A stretch of 56,754 bases of DNA, the filler included, from Dirinaria sp. TL-2023a (lineage: Eukaryota): the NCBI GenBank assembly GCA_051941275.1. It is 6 parts of 6 records of this genome, joined end to end, with 100 filler letters (N's around TTAATTAATTAA, not from the genome) between each part and the next. Parts side by side here need not be neighbours in the genome. Positions count along the whole stretch, not along the records: positions 1 to 9,390 come from JAVEBF010001063.1; positions 9,491 to 18,878 come from JAVEBF010001064.1; 4 more parts are not named here. The stretch is one strand, 5' to 3'. The position numbers and the translations under genes were made by a program. The notes beneath the pieces are model-generated. The model ran no database searches and had not been told where the DNA came from. It saw nothing but the letters and a program-made list of their open reading frames with translations. This document shows positions 1-11,125 of this stretch, in pieces (within the stretch, counting starts at the first letter, position 1; each line of letters begins with the position of its first letter).

Positions 1-2
1 TT

Positions 3-155
3 TGGCATACCTTTGGTCGGCTGTGATATGGCAGGGTCCTTTTCCTTAACGTCTTGGGAATCTTTGCATGCAGCCTTTTCTTTTCGAGTAGTGGTGGTAC
101 CTGTTTGGAGGTGCTCTTGGTAGGCGATCCTGCAGGAGGACAGAGACATGCCCAT
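3..155 (-). CDS. Possible 5' part of a gene running off the window edge (MGMSLSSCRIAYQEHLQTG...)
   Basis: ATG at 155 opens a frame with no stop to position 3; the N-terminus fits the MGxxxS myristoylation pattern. No recognisable domain. Confidence 0.25.
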   Translation of the reverse strand, partial: MGMSLSSCRIAYQEHLQTGTTTTRKEKAACKDSQDVKEKDPAISQPTKGMP

Positions 156-867
156 TGTTCGCTTCAACAAAGAAGAACTATCGTGCTTCATAACTAGTAC
201 TCCGAGACTGAGAGGGGGTCCTTATATCGATCTTTGCTGTTTTGAATCTAAGCTGTTTGAGTATGAAAGAGTTGAGCAACAGTATGGTCAGAAAACAAAG
301 ATGAGGGATCTGTGGGTTAAATAGTATAACTGGAAGGTGACAAAACTCGAACATTAAGATTGTGTGAAGTGCAAACTTGGAAGCTAAAGTAAGTGTCATT
401 GTAGGATTTCTTACTAATAGCGGTTTTGCGATTGTCACAGTAATGTTCATTACTTGAGAGAAACAGTCTCTAGCTATCTCTTCACCATCTCACCATGGAC
501 TGTCTATGACGCTCTAGCAATTTCTCCTAAGACTCATCTAAGGTTTTTGCAAGGTTGTATAGTCATTGCTCTTTTGAAGAGTATACTCTTATGTTAAGGC
601 TTCATGTACAATCACCTCTTGTCGCAGGACATGACATAGATATCCTTCTATCACGATGTTGGGGGTCACTGTTCTTCCCAGTAGACCAGTATTTATATTC
701 CCTTTGCCTCTCAATCCTCTTTACACTTCCCACAGCCTGCATGCTTACAATCCACGGAGAGCAGCCAAAGCAGTACCTACAATACTACTCTACAAAAGAG
801 AAAATCATCTTTCACGAGATCATATCCAATATTTAACTGCTGGTTACAAAGCCGTGTATCATACAAG

Positions 868-1896
868 ATGTATCATTCTCACCCACAACCACCGCGAAGG
901 CCGTGGCCCCGTCATCCAAATGGATGCCCTGCCTCAAATCTCCACAGCGAATCCCAACACGACCAGCAATGGGGATTACTGATGCGCTGCATAATGTACT
1001 ACCGTATCCAGGGTCCGGATCATCTAGAAGCGATCTTCGATGAGTATCGCCCCCAAGTCTGGCAGTATGATGAGATCGAAGAGGACATGATGGGAAGGGG
1101 CATTGACCGATGGACCTTAGAACATTACGGCTTACTGTATCCCCTATGGCACTTGGAGCTCGGTGTTGTACACTTCGGTGGAGCTTGCTCTCATGATATG
1201 CACCACGGTGGTGGTCAGGGCGGTGGACGGCCTGGAGCAAGAGGTGGTCACACACAAGGGGGCAGAAACACAGCTAGGCACGCAAATATCGATCGTTCGG
1301 CTCTTACCGTAACGCAGATGCCGACTATGGAAGGCAGCCATCCTCGAGCTGAAGGACGAGGGAACACGCGTCATCAACCAGAATGGCATCAGGGTCCTGA
1401 TGAATTCCACGACGAAGAAGAAGACCAAGAGGATGGTGGGCCATGGTGGAGCGACGATGAAGCTGGCCCCTCGTCAAAACACATGGATAAGCATGGCCAG
1501 ATCCACCCTACCGTAATTGGCCCTTTTGGTGATGAGGAGGAGGACGACACCTCTGATGCTGGCAGCGAGTATAGATCACGATACCGGCCTACGGAGCTTG
1601 GGACTACTACCCCTGCTCCTGCTCCTAAGAAAAGCCATAAACCGGGCAAGAGTAGAGCTACAACCACTCCGGGGATGGCGATCGATTTTAATGATATTGA
1701 GGAAGAAGATGGTGATGATGAATATCGTCAGCAACATACGAAGGCAACCAGAAATGGCACGAAGCACCCAAGGGGAACAAAAAAGGGGACAGAGGCTCAT
1801 AGTAAACCGAAAAAGAGCACCAGGGCCGCGGAGACTACGAAGAAGGGAGTCGCGGGTGGAAAGCAAAAGCCGGCAGAGCCAAGAGATCGGTACTAG
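868..1896 (+). CDS. Hypothetical protein, 342 aa: unrecognised N-terminal domain plus G/H/D/E/K-rich disordered tail (paralogue of 2473-3213)
   Basis: Long intronless ORF; segment QQWGLL...DHLEAIFDE...LEHYGLLYP aligns by eye with the neighbouring ORF. Confidence 0.7.
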   Translation: MYHSHPQPPRRPWPRHPNGCPASNLHSESQHDQQWGLLMRCIMYYRIQGPDHLEAIFDEYRPQVWQYDEIEEDMMGRGIDRWTLEHYGLLYPLWHLELGVVHFGGACSHDMHHGGGQGGGRPGARGGHTQGGRNTARHANIDRSALTVTQMPTMEGSHPRAEGRGNTRHQPEWHQGPDEFHDEEEDQEDGGPWWSDDEAGPSSKHMDKHGQIHPTVIGPFGDEEEDDTSDAGSEYRSRYRPTELGTTTPAPAPKKSHKPGKSRATTTPGMAIDFNDIEEEDGDDEYRQQHTKATRNGTKHPRGTKKGTEAHSKPKKSTRAAETTKKGVAGGKQKPAEPRDRY

Positions 1897-2472
1897 AATG
1901 TAAAGCTGGGGATTATTGGTGATTATGTATGCACAGATCTGAGTTAGAGCTAGACTGCGAGTTTATGTACTGCATGCTAGTATTCAATTTAAATGATTCC
2001 CTGCAGATTCGATGAAGCCTGGCTTTTTGAACACCAGGTCATCAGCACTATACCGAACGATTTCGGAACGATAGTCTTCCTTAGAAAGTGTTTCCTAGTC
2101 GGAGGTAGATGTTGGGGTGCTAATTCCAAGCTCTGACCCATTTCATTCTATTGTAGCTTCATTATCACGCATTATTGATTATCTACAGTTGCATTACCTC
2201 AAGAGACAACTCTCACGGGTTTCCTGTTTCCCAACGTTTTCAAGGTACACAAGAGTCGATGGTGTAGACTTCACCCTGTGTTGATCGACAGACTCTTTGG
2301 TGTCTCAGTGGAATCATCTAAGTCTGTTACAGCACATATAACTTGCCTTGTTGCCCATCTCCTGCTTCTCCTTTCCTTTTACTACAAACCCAGAGACCCA
2401 ATAAAACTTTTCACTAATTGGAACAGCCATCCGAATGAGCCTCTCGCGGCCCAAAAAGATAACTCAGCAGCC

Positions 2473-3213
2473 ATGTATGCCTCCTATAGTCAACATCGCC
2501 TAGGTTACAGTCCTCGCTATTGGCGAGGCTTCAGTAATTGGCCTGACTACCGAGACCCACCGCCTTGCGATGGCACATGCCAGGGCCCGACGCACCCTTA
2601 CACCTATCAGTGGCTGTTAGAATTCCTATGGGCAGATTTTGGGTTCACGAGCATCGACCAGCTCGAGCATATTTTCTCCGAAAGCCAGAATGCAGTGCCA
2701 TACGCGCGGGAAATGAGAATGAGTATGGCTAGCCACAGCCCACCAATAACCAAAGAGATTCTCGAACATTTTCGGCTCCTGAGGCCGGAAACGGGTGGAT
2801 ATGATACGGACGTGTACAATGGTGGCGCAACGATGGATTATTATAACACGGACCCGTACCACATCGGCGGGCCCACGGCGTATCATGGCACAGGACCATA
2901 CCATGGTCGCTCGGTGATGGACAGTTATGACATCGACCCTTATGCTATTCAACCAACTCTTTTAGGATCCCACATGAGCCCGTTTCAAGATCCATACAGT
3001 ATGAATGGAGGCTCACAAAGCCACGGAGGCGGACATCCGGGACCACGAGGGCATGCTAGCAGCGCAGAAGGTGGTCAACATTGGGGTGGACAAGCCGATG
3101 ATGATGATGATGGCAGCAATCATCCTGCTAGTATCAGGGTAGGGGAGTCTTATAAACGGTATGGAGAGCGTCGGCGAGACCAGGGAAGACATGGAAACAA
3201 TGGCGGGAGCTGA
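2473..3213 (+). CDS. Hypothetical protein, 246 aa: same N-terminal domain, Y/D/G-rich repeats and G/H-rich tail
   Basis: First ATG at 2473 in good context (GCCATG) within the 2278-3213 frame; YQWLL...DQLEHIFSE...LEHFRLLRP matches the upstream ORF. Confidence 0.7.
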   Translation: MYASYSQHRLGYSPRYWRGFSNWPDYRDPPPCDGTCQGPTHPYTYQWLLEFLWADFGFTSIDQLEHIFSESQNAVPYAREMRMSMASHSPPITKEILEHFRLLRPETGGYDTDVYNGGATMDYYNTDPYHIGGPTAYHGTGPYHGRSVMDSYDIDPYAIQPTLLGSHMSPFQDPYSMNGGSQSHGGGHPGPRGHASSAEGGQHWGGQADDDDDGSNHPASIRVGESYKRYGERRRDQGRHGNNGGS

Positions 3214-4994
3214 GGTGATGGCCAATCTTGCTAGTCAGAGAACGAAATCGATCAAGACATTGAGAGACTGGTTGAATGGAGATATTCGGCTGTGAAAGGA
3301 TTTAGCTGAAGGTTGCAAGGTCGGCGTACTTGCATACTTAATTTTTTCAGAAATTGACGCATGTTCGTAGTCGCTCTTTCCGATATTCTTCTGTCACTAT
3401 AGCCAATACATCTTTTACGATGCGTTGGATTGATGACAGCTTATTCCTCGATATTGCCGTCCATCGTCGCTTCCTTGATACGCTTTATGTCGTGAGGTGT
3501 TGGTGCGCTTGGAACAGGTACTTCTGCCAGAGATCGAGGGTAGGTTGTTGGATGAGAGGTAAGAAGCGGGGTAGAGAGAAGGAAGAGGGGTTGAGATGGA
3601 AAAGGCCCAATCTATCTATTGTATACAGGTACATCGCTAAGGCGCCGCCTTGTGCACCCCGAGTCAACAGGAGTAAGGAACGGTTGAACATATTATGGCT
3701 GCCAGCGAGGACCTTGAACACAATCTAATTTGCTCCGTCGGGCACTAATTTCCAGCCTTGTGAATTGTTGTAGTCGCCGTAATCCACAATGTCAAGCCTT
3801 CACAAACCTTGTCCGGGCATCTTTGGGCTTGATCTGATTGATGGCCAGCTCGAAGATGCCGTCAGTTTCTGGTAATCATTTTGAAAAAGTGACCACCGAG
3901 GGGGTCTTAGTTCTCTTCAATACGGTAGTCAGATTAATCGTTGAATCCCATGTTGTATATTTCGCCGCCATGAAATTTCACACTAAGAACAAAACTCGAG
4001 CAGAGACTAATGTGGCCACTAGAAGAAAAGGATGCAGCATGAAAAGCAGAAAATTCCCGCAGAATGGGTCATGACCACAGCCGGCACATTAGCTCAACGC
4101 GGTCTTCGACGATTGGCATGAGGGATTAAATATGTCTCTCAACGCTTCGCTCCATCAGATAGGAGAATTCTAACTCCTCAATTAGAAACGAGAAATTCCC
4201 TATTCATAATCCATAATCCATAATCTCAGAAAGGCTCTGTAATCAGAGGTGTTTCAGCGTACCTAATGTGAAACATTCGGCAATACAGCCTATTGCTATC
4301 GGTATGCAGCTTGGCTACCAGCTATATCTGTGTCCATCTTTCTCGAATACTGTCCTTGGGCGTCTATAAACTGTCCTTCTGGCTACTGAATTCTTTGCGA
4401 ACTCGTAGTACTTGATTACCATTCAGCCGTTCGTCGGAATTCCACTGCGTTGCTCAGAAGATATCAAGCCATCATCTGTACTGCATATGTTGACACAAGC
4501 CCAATTCATACCCGAGCTATATAGAGGAGTCAATTGCGGTGTTTTGTTCTGAGGCAGGATGCTGATTTCGAGAGCTTGTCGGATCGAAAGCACCCCTTAT
4601 TGGTTTTCAGCCTGATCGGAAAGGTATGGCAGACAACCGGTCAACACAATGACGAAGAGCCATTGTTGAGATGGGCGACCGTGAAAGCGGTATTACCTGA
4701 AGTAGTACCACGAGCGAGGCATAGTACAAAAGCTGAAGTTTGCTGAATCGGACTAAGCCTCTTCAGGCTCTTGAAGGTGGCAAGTAATAAAGGCCGCATA
4801 GTAAGCTTTTTGGCGCTAGTGGTTTCAATTCCCCAACAGCCTTCATATCACGGTCCCTGGCTTTTGAATATATAAACCCAGTGCCTTCCCTCAATTTCAG
4901 GGCTTTTCTTCTCTTGCGGCCTCTGTCCACTCTTTCCGGACATGCCTGCTTCCTTCCTTCATTGCTCCCCCCTCCGTCTTCCCGTCTTTTGCCC

Positions 4995-5500
4995 GGTCGC
5001 TTCCACTTGGTCGTCTCCACCTGGCTGCCTTCAAGTGGTTTACTCCCATCTGATTGCGCCCACTTAGTTGCTTCCTTCTTGGTTGCCTCTACCTGGTCGT
5101 CTTCACCTGGTCGGTGCCATTTGTTTGCGCCTTCTGGTTACCTCCACCTGGTTGTCTCCTGGCTTGCACCCCGGCATGGTCGCGTCCATCTGATTGTGCC
5201 CACCTGGTTGCCTCCTTCTTGGTTGCCTCCACTTGGTCGCCTTCACTTGGTCGCTCCCATATGGCCGCTTGCTCTCCGTCTTCCCCTCCCCGTCTGCTTT
5301 TCCGCCGTCTACCCTTTCGCCGCCTTCCTTCTCGCCTCCATCTGATTGCGTCCACCTGGTTGCTTCCTATTCGGTTGCCTCCACTTGGCTGCCTTCACCT
5401 AGTTGCTACTGTCACCTACCTTTTCTCGCCCATCTGATTGCGTCCACCTGATTGCGCTCTTCTTGATCGCCTTCACTTGGCTGCCTTCACCTGGTCGCTC
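4995..5500. repeat. Degenerate pyrimidine-rich minisatellite (~15-bp unit CCACYTGGTYGCCTY) with a higher-order unit starting CCATCTGATTGYGYCCAC
   Basis: CCATCTGATTGYGYCCAC recurs near 5046, 5186, 5338 and 5430, with many CACYTGGTYGCC copies between; this produces overlapping repetitive ORFs in several frames. Confidence 0.75.
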
Positions 5501-5640
5501 GCTTGCGACTTTTCCGTCCTCCTTTATCGTCTCCGACCTAAGGTACCTCTTCGCGGGACATCCACCTTTCCCCTCCCCCTCTTCGCTCCTCCTTTCAGTG
5601 TAGTTGTTGTACACATTGGCTCCTACTTCGCGGATCGTAA

Positions 5641-5923
5641 ATAGTCAACTCGTACTTCAACGAGGGTGGGTGGTGGGCAAAGGTAAGTTGGCAAGTATTT
5701 GTCTTCCCTGATTTGGAATTTGGCCTCTGTGGTTTGCCACTGACTTCAGACACTTGACCTTACTTCTTTGATTCTAACGTTGGTATCAATCAATTCAATA
5801 TCTGAAAACATGCTATCTACCAGCGTTAGTCGTCACTTCTGCTCCCACCATAAAATAAATGTTGTGCGTGTTGACTCGTGCTTTGTCATTAGTACATGTA
5901 TATAGTCAACTCGTACTTCAACG
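5641..5923. repeat. 22-bp exact direct repeat ATAGTCAACTCGTACTTCAACG
   Basis: Copies at 5641-5662 and 5902-5923. Confidence 0.8.
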
Positions 5924-6912
5924 GGGCCGGGCGACAGGTGAAGGTGCGTTCGTAATTTTCGCTTTCCAATCGTCTTTGCTTGTGCTTTCTTCTGAACGTT
6001 TCCGCTTTCGTATTGGATGGGAACTAAATGCTGACCTCCATGTCACGTGTACCGAGCAAAGTTGCCTAGAATGTCAGCGCAGTAAATACATAGTGCACTT
6101 TTATAGTAGGTAAATGTCGCTTCTCCAGCTTCTATAGATACCATAGTAACTAAGCGTATTGGCCCCTCTGTTTTGGTAGTGTTAATTATTCAGTATATTA
6201 CCGTAACTTCACGAGGTTAATACCGGAAATTCACGAGGTTGAGGTTTTGTCCATGGCGATACCATCGGATTAACTCAAGCAGTTGTGGTGTTTGTGTTCT
6301 CGTTGTCCCGTCTTGCTATCATCCCCTCATCTTCCCATAAATTCTCCGGCATCTTCCCATTCTCAACCCTTACTCCACGAGCTTCAGACCTACTTTTTCT
6401 TGTAGCTTGATTATTCAAACGATCATCCCTCTCAACCCTGAGAATTGCGTGTAACATCGACTCTAGTCAGATACGTCGCGCTCACTCCTCGCAGTAGTCG
6501 AGCTTTCAGACCCCAAGCTGTACATTGCACAAGGGCGAATCTTGACTTCAACCCACACTTCGCTTGAAGCTCCGTTGGGTCCCCTTAGTTGCGTGAGGAT
6601 ATTAGGAGAGTTTCGTAACATGTCTGGATTTTATTTCGGCATATTCGCTCGCATGATTTCACATATGAATTAAGAACAAATACAAACTTGGCAAAAAAAC
6701 AAGACAGCATCGAGCCGAAAGGACGATTGAGCTTTTTCTAGAAAAAGGCTATCTGAAATCGGTCGAGAGCCTAATTGGCTGTCAACGTGTAAAGGCGGAC
6801 TAACTCCACGAACTTACTCATACCATACTCTTGCATGGGAATTAATACTTTTTCGGTAGGGAAGCCCATAATGACACAGCATGTCAGAAAACCTCACCAT
6901 TTCCAAAAACCC

Positions 6913-8649
6913 TCACTCTCGTATCCATGTCATGACGGTAACGGCCGTCGAGTAGATCATCGCTCCCAAACCCAGCGTCATCAGTGCACCGTCGCCCGCC
7001 TTGACCCATTTCGAGTGTGCGACACCTTTGTAATGCAGGAACGCGGGGTAGATGTAGACCAGCGGCACACACGCGAAGCTTCCCGTAAGAGAGACGAATT
7101 TGTCGAGATCGCTGGCACCCACGATGGCGATGAGGCCGCACATGACCGTGATCGCAGTGCGAAAGGCGTTCTTTTTCCATTTCGTCGCCGCAGACCGTTT
7201 GCCGGAGATGCTGCCGCGGAAGAGCGATGTCTCGAGGATGCGTATGGCGGGGAAAAGCTGCACCGGCGTGCCGATAAGGACGGAAAGAGAGTATAGGAAC
7301 TGCACTGCATTGACGAGCTTGCTGTGCTGCGGGTAGTTGGAGATGATTTCGACACGGGTGTTTTCGCCGAAGGTCGCGTAGCAGAGCGCCCCAACTGATG
7401 TAAAGATGGCGGTGATGATAATCATGACGATGCCGAGGAGCAGAGGGAACTTCTGTGGGGCCGCCATCGAGGATTGAATGGGCAATAGGAGACCGATGCC
7501 TTCGTAGGTAAAGATGGCGCTGCCGATAGTAAGCGTAAAGCTTTGTGGATTGAACTTCTGGACTGTCGGATGCATGCCGCGGGATGCGAGAGTCGCGATG
7601 TCGAAGTACCAGATGTAGACCAGGCCAAGCATGATAAAGAGATCGGCTAGCAGCGCCGCGGGCCCAAGGTTAGAAATATCCCGAATCAGAGCCAACGGGA
7701 TGAGCACAACGAATTGCAACGCTATTAGCACGTTGGTCCCTATAGCTACGGTTGAGCCAGGAGTCACAGCATTAAGGAAGGAAATGATGTTCTCGGCAAT
7801 GAAGATCATCCCAGCGCAGACGAACCCGATCTGAGAGAGGAAAATCGACCCAAGAATGATAGATCTGAGTTTCGGACCTCCGATTGCAGCCCCGATCTCA
7901 CCGTAGCCACCACCATAGCGCTTTCGACACTGTAGAAGCAAATGGAAACATAGGCCAGAGACAACGGAGACAGTGATCAGAGTGATTGATGAGAATAGAA
8001 TGCCACCGTTGTTGAATGCTTTTGGTAAAAACATAATACCTGTGCCGACAAATGCCTTCAGTAAGGTAAAGAACGATTTCACAGTCCCAGCATCGCCAGG
8101 CTTAACAGGTCGTCGTGAACTCTTACGGCGGTCCAACAGCGGTCTAGTCTCGTTCGGTCTTGCTCCTGCATCGTCATCGGTGTCGCTGGGAGTAGATTCA
8201 TCGTCAGATTGCTCGAGATCCTCGCCCGCGAAGTTCCCATACAGCGCGAGAAAAGATACGAAATTTGAAGTCACTGGTTTTGTGGCCACGCTTAGACGAC
8301 TCTGCTGCCTCTGAAGAAAGCGGCGGCGGAAACCCCCGGGAGCCATTTGTTCGCTCGCTGAGAGGCCATTGGAATAGGGGCCATAAGTACTAGACCTACG
8401 AGGAGGGGCGGGAGCGTATGTAGCAGCGCGCTGATGAAGTTTGGGCTTAGCGCCGATCTTAAAGATATTGCGGTGGATGTCGCCACCTTGCAACTTCAGC
8501 GAGTCCTGTGCGGACGCTGCTCCAGCGTCATGACTCGGACTACTCAGTAAGACCTCGGGATCGGCGGTGTATCCTGGCGGAAGGTGCCTGGAGACTATGT
8601 CGGCGTCTGCCTGGCTCCGCTCATTTTGCTGGGATAGTGTGTCGGTCAT
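6913..8649 (-). CDS. AVT3: Vacuolar amino-acid transporter, Aa_trans/AAAP family (Avt3/Avt4-like), 578 aa
   Basis: Characteristic LKLQGGDIHR, PGGFRR, FLALYGNFAGEDL, LLKAFVGTGIMFLPKAFNNGG and IFTYEGIGL motifs; about 11 hydrophobic helices. Confidence 0.92.
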   Translation of the reverse strand: MTDTLSQQNERSQADADIVSRHLPPGYTADPEVLLSSPSHDAGAASAQDSLKLQGGDIHRNIFKIGAKPKLHQRAATYAPAPPRRSSTYGPYSNGLSASEQMAPGGFRRRFLQRQQSRLSVATKPVTSNFVSFLALYGNFAGEDLEQSDDESTPSDTDDDAGARPNETRPLLDRRKSSRRPVKPGDAGTVKSFFTLLKAFVGTGIMFLPKAFNNGGILFSSITLITVSVVSGLCFHLLLQCRKRYGGGYGEIGAAIGGPKLRSIILGSIFLSQIGFVCAGMIFIAENIISFLNAVTPGSTVAIGTNVLIALQFVVLIPLALIRDISNLGPAALLADLFIMLGLVYIWYFDIATLASRGMHPTVQKFNPQSFTLTIGSAIFTYEGIGLLLPIQSSMAAPQKFPLLLGIVMIIITAIFTSVGALCYATFGENTRVEIISNYPQHSKLVNAVQFLYSLSVLIGTPVQLFPAIRILETSLFRGSISGKRSAATKWKKNAFRTAITVMCGLIAIVGASDLDKFVSLTGSFACVPLVYIYPAFLHYKGVAHSKWVKAGDGALMTLGLGAMIYSTAVTVMTWIRE

Positions 8650-9390
8650 CGGATACTACTGAAATGTTGATATCCAGACAATGTCATTTAAGCCACAGAG
8701 CGGCATCAACAGGATAAGATGCATCAATAAGCTTTACATGAAGAGCCCGAGTAGGTGTGAGCAAAAAAACTTTACTCGGGTGAAGTGCTTACGCGATGGC
8801 GGAACAGATGGTTGGATGATGATGTGGCTATTAGCACTAACCCTAGAAGTGAGCACGTAACACAACCCTAATTTCTCGGCTTACGCAATTCGGCAGCGTA
8901 TTCCCTTGATCGTACAAGCAGTCGTTTTAAGAATATTTTAGACGCAAGGTGTCTTCTGAGACCTCTAGGTGTTGAAATTGGCCTTACCATAGGCCGATGG
9001 TATCACGCCGGGCTGCTGATTACATTAATATGCAGTTCACCTAGCATAGTCATGGCCAAATGAAGATGTGCTTGCGCGATCATACGTGGAAGACCATCCA
9101 TTGTTACAAAGTTGAATTGAGGGTCTCAAGATTCAATTTAAGTTCATACTTTATGAATTTGCAAGACTCACTTGCCTAAAACTAAAGTTTGTGTCATGAT
9201 TACAAGGGATGCGGATATGAAGACGTAGATATGAAGACGCAGATATCGAGACACAGAGCAGCCTTCCAAAAAGCAGGACTAATATATTCATTCCATTATC
9301 GTACATTGATGACCTATTCATTGTCATCACACTGCTGTAACGGCTTTTCAAATTTGCCAAGGGCCCGTCGACCCAACCACCATAAGAACC

Positions 9391-9490
9391 NNNNNNNNNN
9401 NNNNNNNNNNNNNNNNNNNNNNNNNNNNNNNNNNTTAATTAATTAANNNNNNNNNNNNNNNNNNNNNNNNNNNNNNNNNNNNNNNNNNNN
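9391..9490. other. Artificial contig spacer (N44-TTAATTAATTAA-N44)
   Basis: Six-frame-stop linker flanked by Ns, identical at all five junctions. Confidence 0.99.
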
Positions 9491-10118
9491 GTTTTGGGAT
9501 ATGGGTCGTTTGTAGATCCTGTTCCTTCAACCCTGTGCCTCTGTATCTCCTTCTCTGTGTCTGTCTGCGTCTGTTGCGGATAGGTGGTAGTAATACATGG
9601 GTTCTTCGAAGAAGAAGAAAAATAGAGAAGAAAGAAAACGCCAAGTCTTCCCATCATCCTAAGATGCTCAAAAGGTCCGAGGGGGACAAGCTAAGCTAAG
9701 CTCATGTAGCCGAATATCATTGCAAAAGTTTTCGTCAAGGTACCTTCAGCAGAGAGCACACAGCACAGCATACAGTAGCCATGCAACAAATTTCCCCGGT
9801 TCCCTGTTCCCAGATTATATAGCATGGATCTTCTTTCTGTTCCCATAAATTTGAAAAACCCCCTTGCAAAACGCCATCGTGGAGGTAAGATAGGTAGTGT
9901 GGCTCCGGCGTATAACCTTGCCTGGTTTTATTTCTGCCCCCGCCTCTTTAAAATCCCATCGAATCGCAACGAGAAACTTTGCTCCATTATTTGGTTTTAT
10001 TTTCTTGGTTTGTAAGGAAAATTTCTCGAAAAAAATATCCACTTTGCTTCTTCTGGCACTCGCAAACTGGGAATGCGTGTAGCCCGCGAGAAGAAAGCGG
10101 GCATCGGGCTTCATCATT

Positions 10119-11125
10119 TCACATGATGGTGCAGCATCTGCAGCCGGGACTGCGTTCCATGCCTTCGCGGTCGCGGGTCCCGCCTTTTTGCGCCTCTTCC
10201 TCGTCGATGAAGTCTTGCGGTTTGACGGTCATGTGCACGACGTGCGGGGTGGGGCCGAGCTGGAACTTGCATTCTGTTGGGAGTGTGCCTTAGTCAGCAG
10301 GTATAACTTCCTCATGTTGTGAAAGCCATCAATCCTCGGGTACTAAGCAGAGAAAACAGGAAGAATTGCCATCCCGGATGGGGTGGTGCATGGGAGTAGA
10401 GGCAAAGGAAAGCAACCACACAACGACAACATACCCGATAATCTCAGGCTGTCACCCGGCATCCCGCCCGCGTATATCAGACGTATACTACTTGGACTGC
10501 TTGGTCGGACTTCCCATTCCTCCCTCCATTCCCGCCATATCAGCTCCTTGAGCGTGTAGATACTCATTTCCACCGGGTTGCCGTTCTCCACGTTGACGTT
10601 TCGCTTTTTGAGATATTTCTCATTGATGATGTACGGATGCCGCGCCCCGTTAGTGAGCAGCAGCGTCAGCGTCAGTGATTTCTCCGTATCAGATGGCGCT
10701 GTGGTGCCGGGATGCGAGATAGGTTGGTCGGACGAGGGGCCGATGGCCGGGGCTGTAGGTTCGCGTGTCAAGGGGGCCGGGGCGGGCTCGATAGATTGAT
10801 TCGGAGTGGTTTGTGAAGGAGCTTCGGTTTGTATCTGTGGAGGACTTGGTGGTGTCGAGGGTGAAGGACGTGCTTGTGTTTGTTCTTCCTGCGGCGGCGA
10901 TGGCAATTGCGCGCTGGATGCAGGCTCTGATGACGCGTTGAATGCTTCTCCATCGGATGATGACTGTACCTGCTGCGCCAAATCACTCATTTCCATAGGG
11001 GATGAAGTCGCCGGGCCTTGGTCTGAATGTTGCCATTGAGAAGCTGGGGTTGAATTATTGGGAAGGTCGATTGGCTCGGTGGTTGCGGCTCCACGTGGGG
11101 TGTCTGCGGCCGCGGGTGAAGCCAT
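10119..11125 (-). CDS. UBL3/MUB-like membrane-anchored ubiquitin-fold protein; exons 11125-10435 and 10273-10119
   Basis: P/S/Q-rich N-terminus, then LTLLLTNGARH...MSIYTLKELIWREW...PSSPSSIRLIYAG. An intron (GTATGT...CTGAC...CAG) joins this in frame to ECKFQLGPTPHVVHMTVKP...PGCRCCTIM*, ending in a CAAX box. Confidence 0.88.

Noticed and set aside
3354..3970. Possible minus-strand gene fragment (DIVDYGDYNNSQGWKLVPDGAN*IVFKVLAGSH...)
   Set aside because: Interrupted by stops and frame changes with no recognisable family; cannot be supported without a search.
4763..5644. Overlapping ORFs on both strands as real genes
   Set aside because: Explained by the stop-poor minisatellite; the frames shift and no domain or consistent start is seen.
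8837..8872. TAACCCTA/AACCCTAA telomere-like words
   Set aside because: Isolated single units in a promoter region, not an array.
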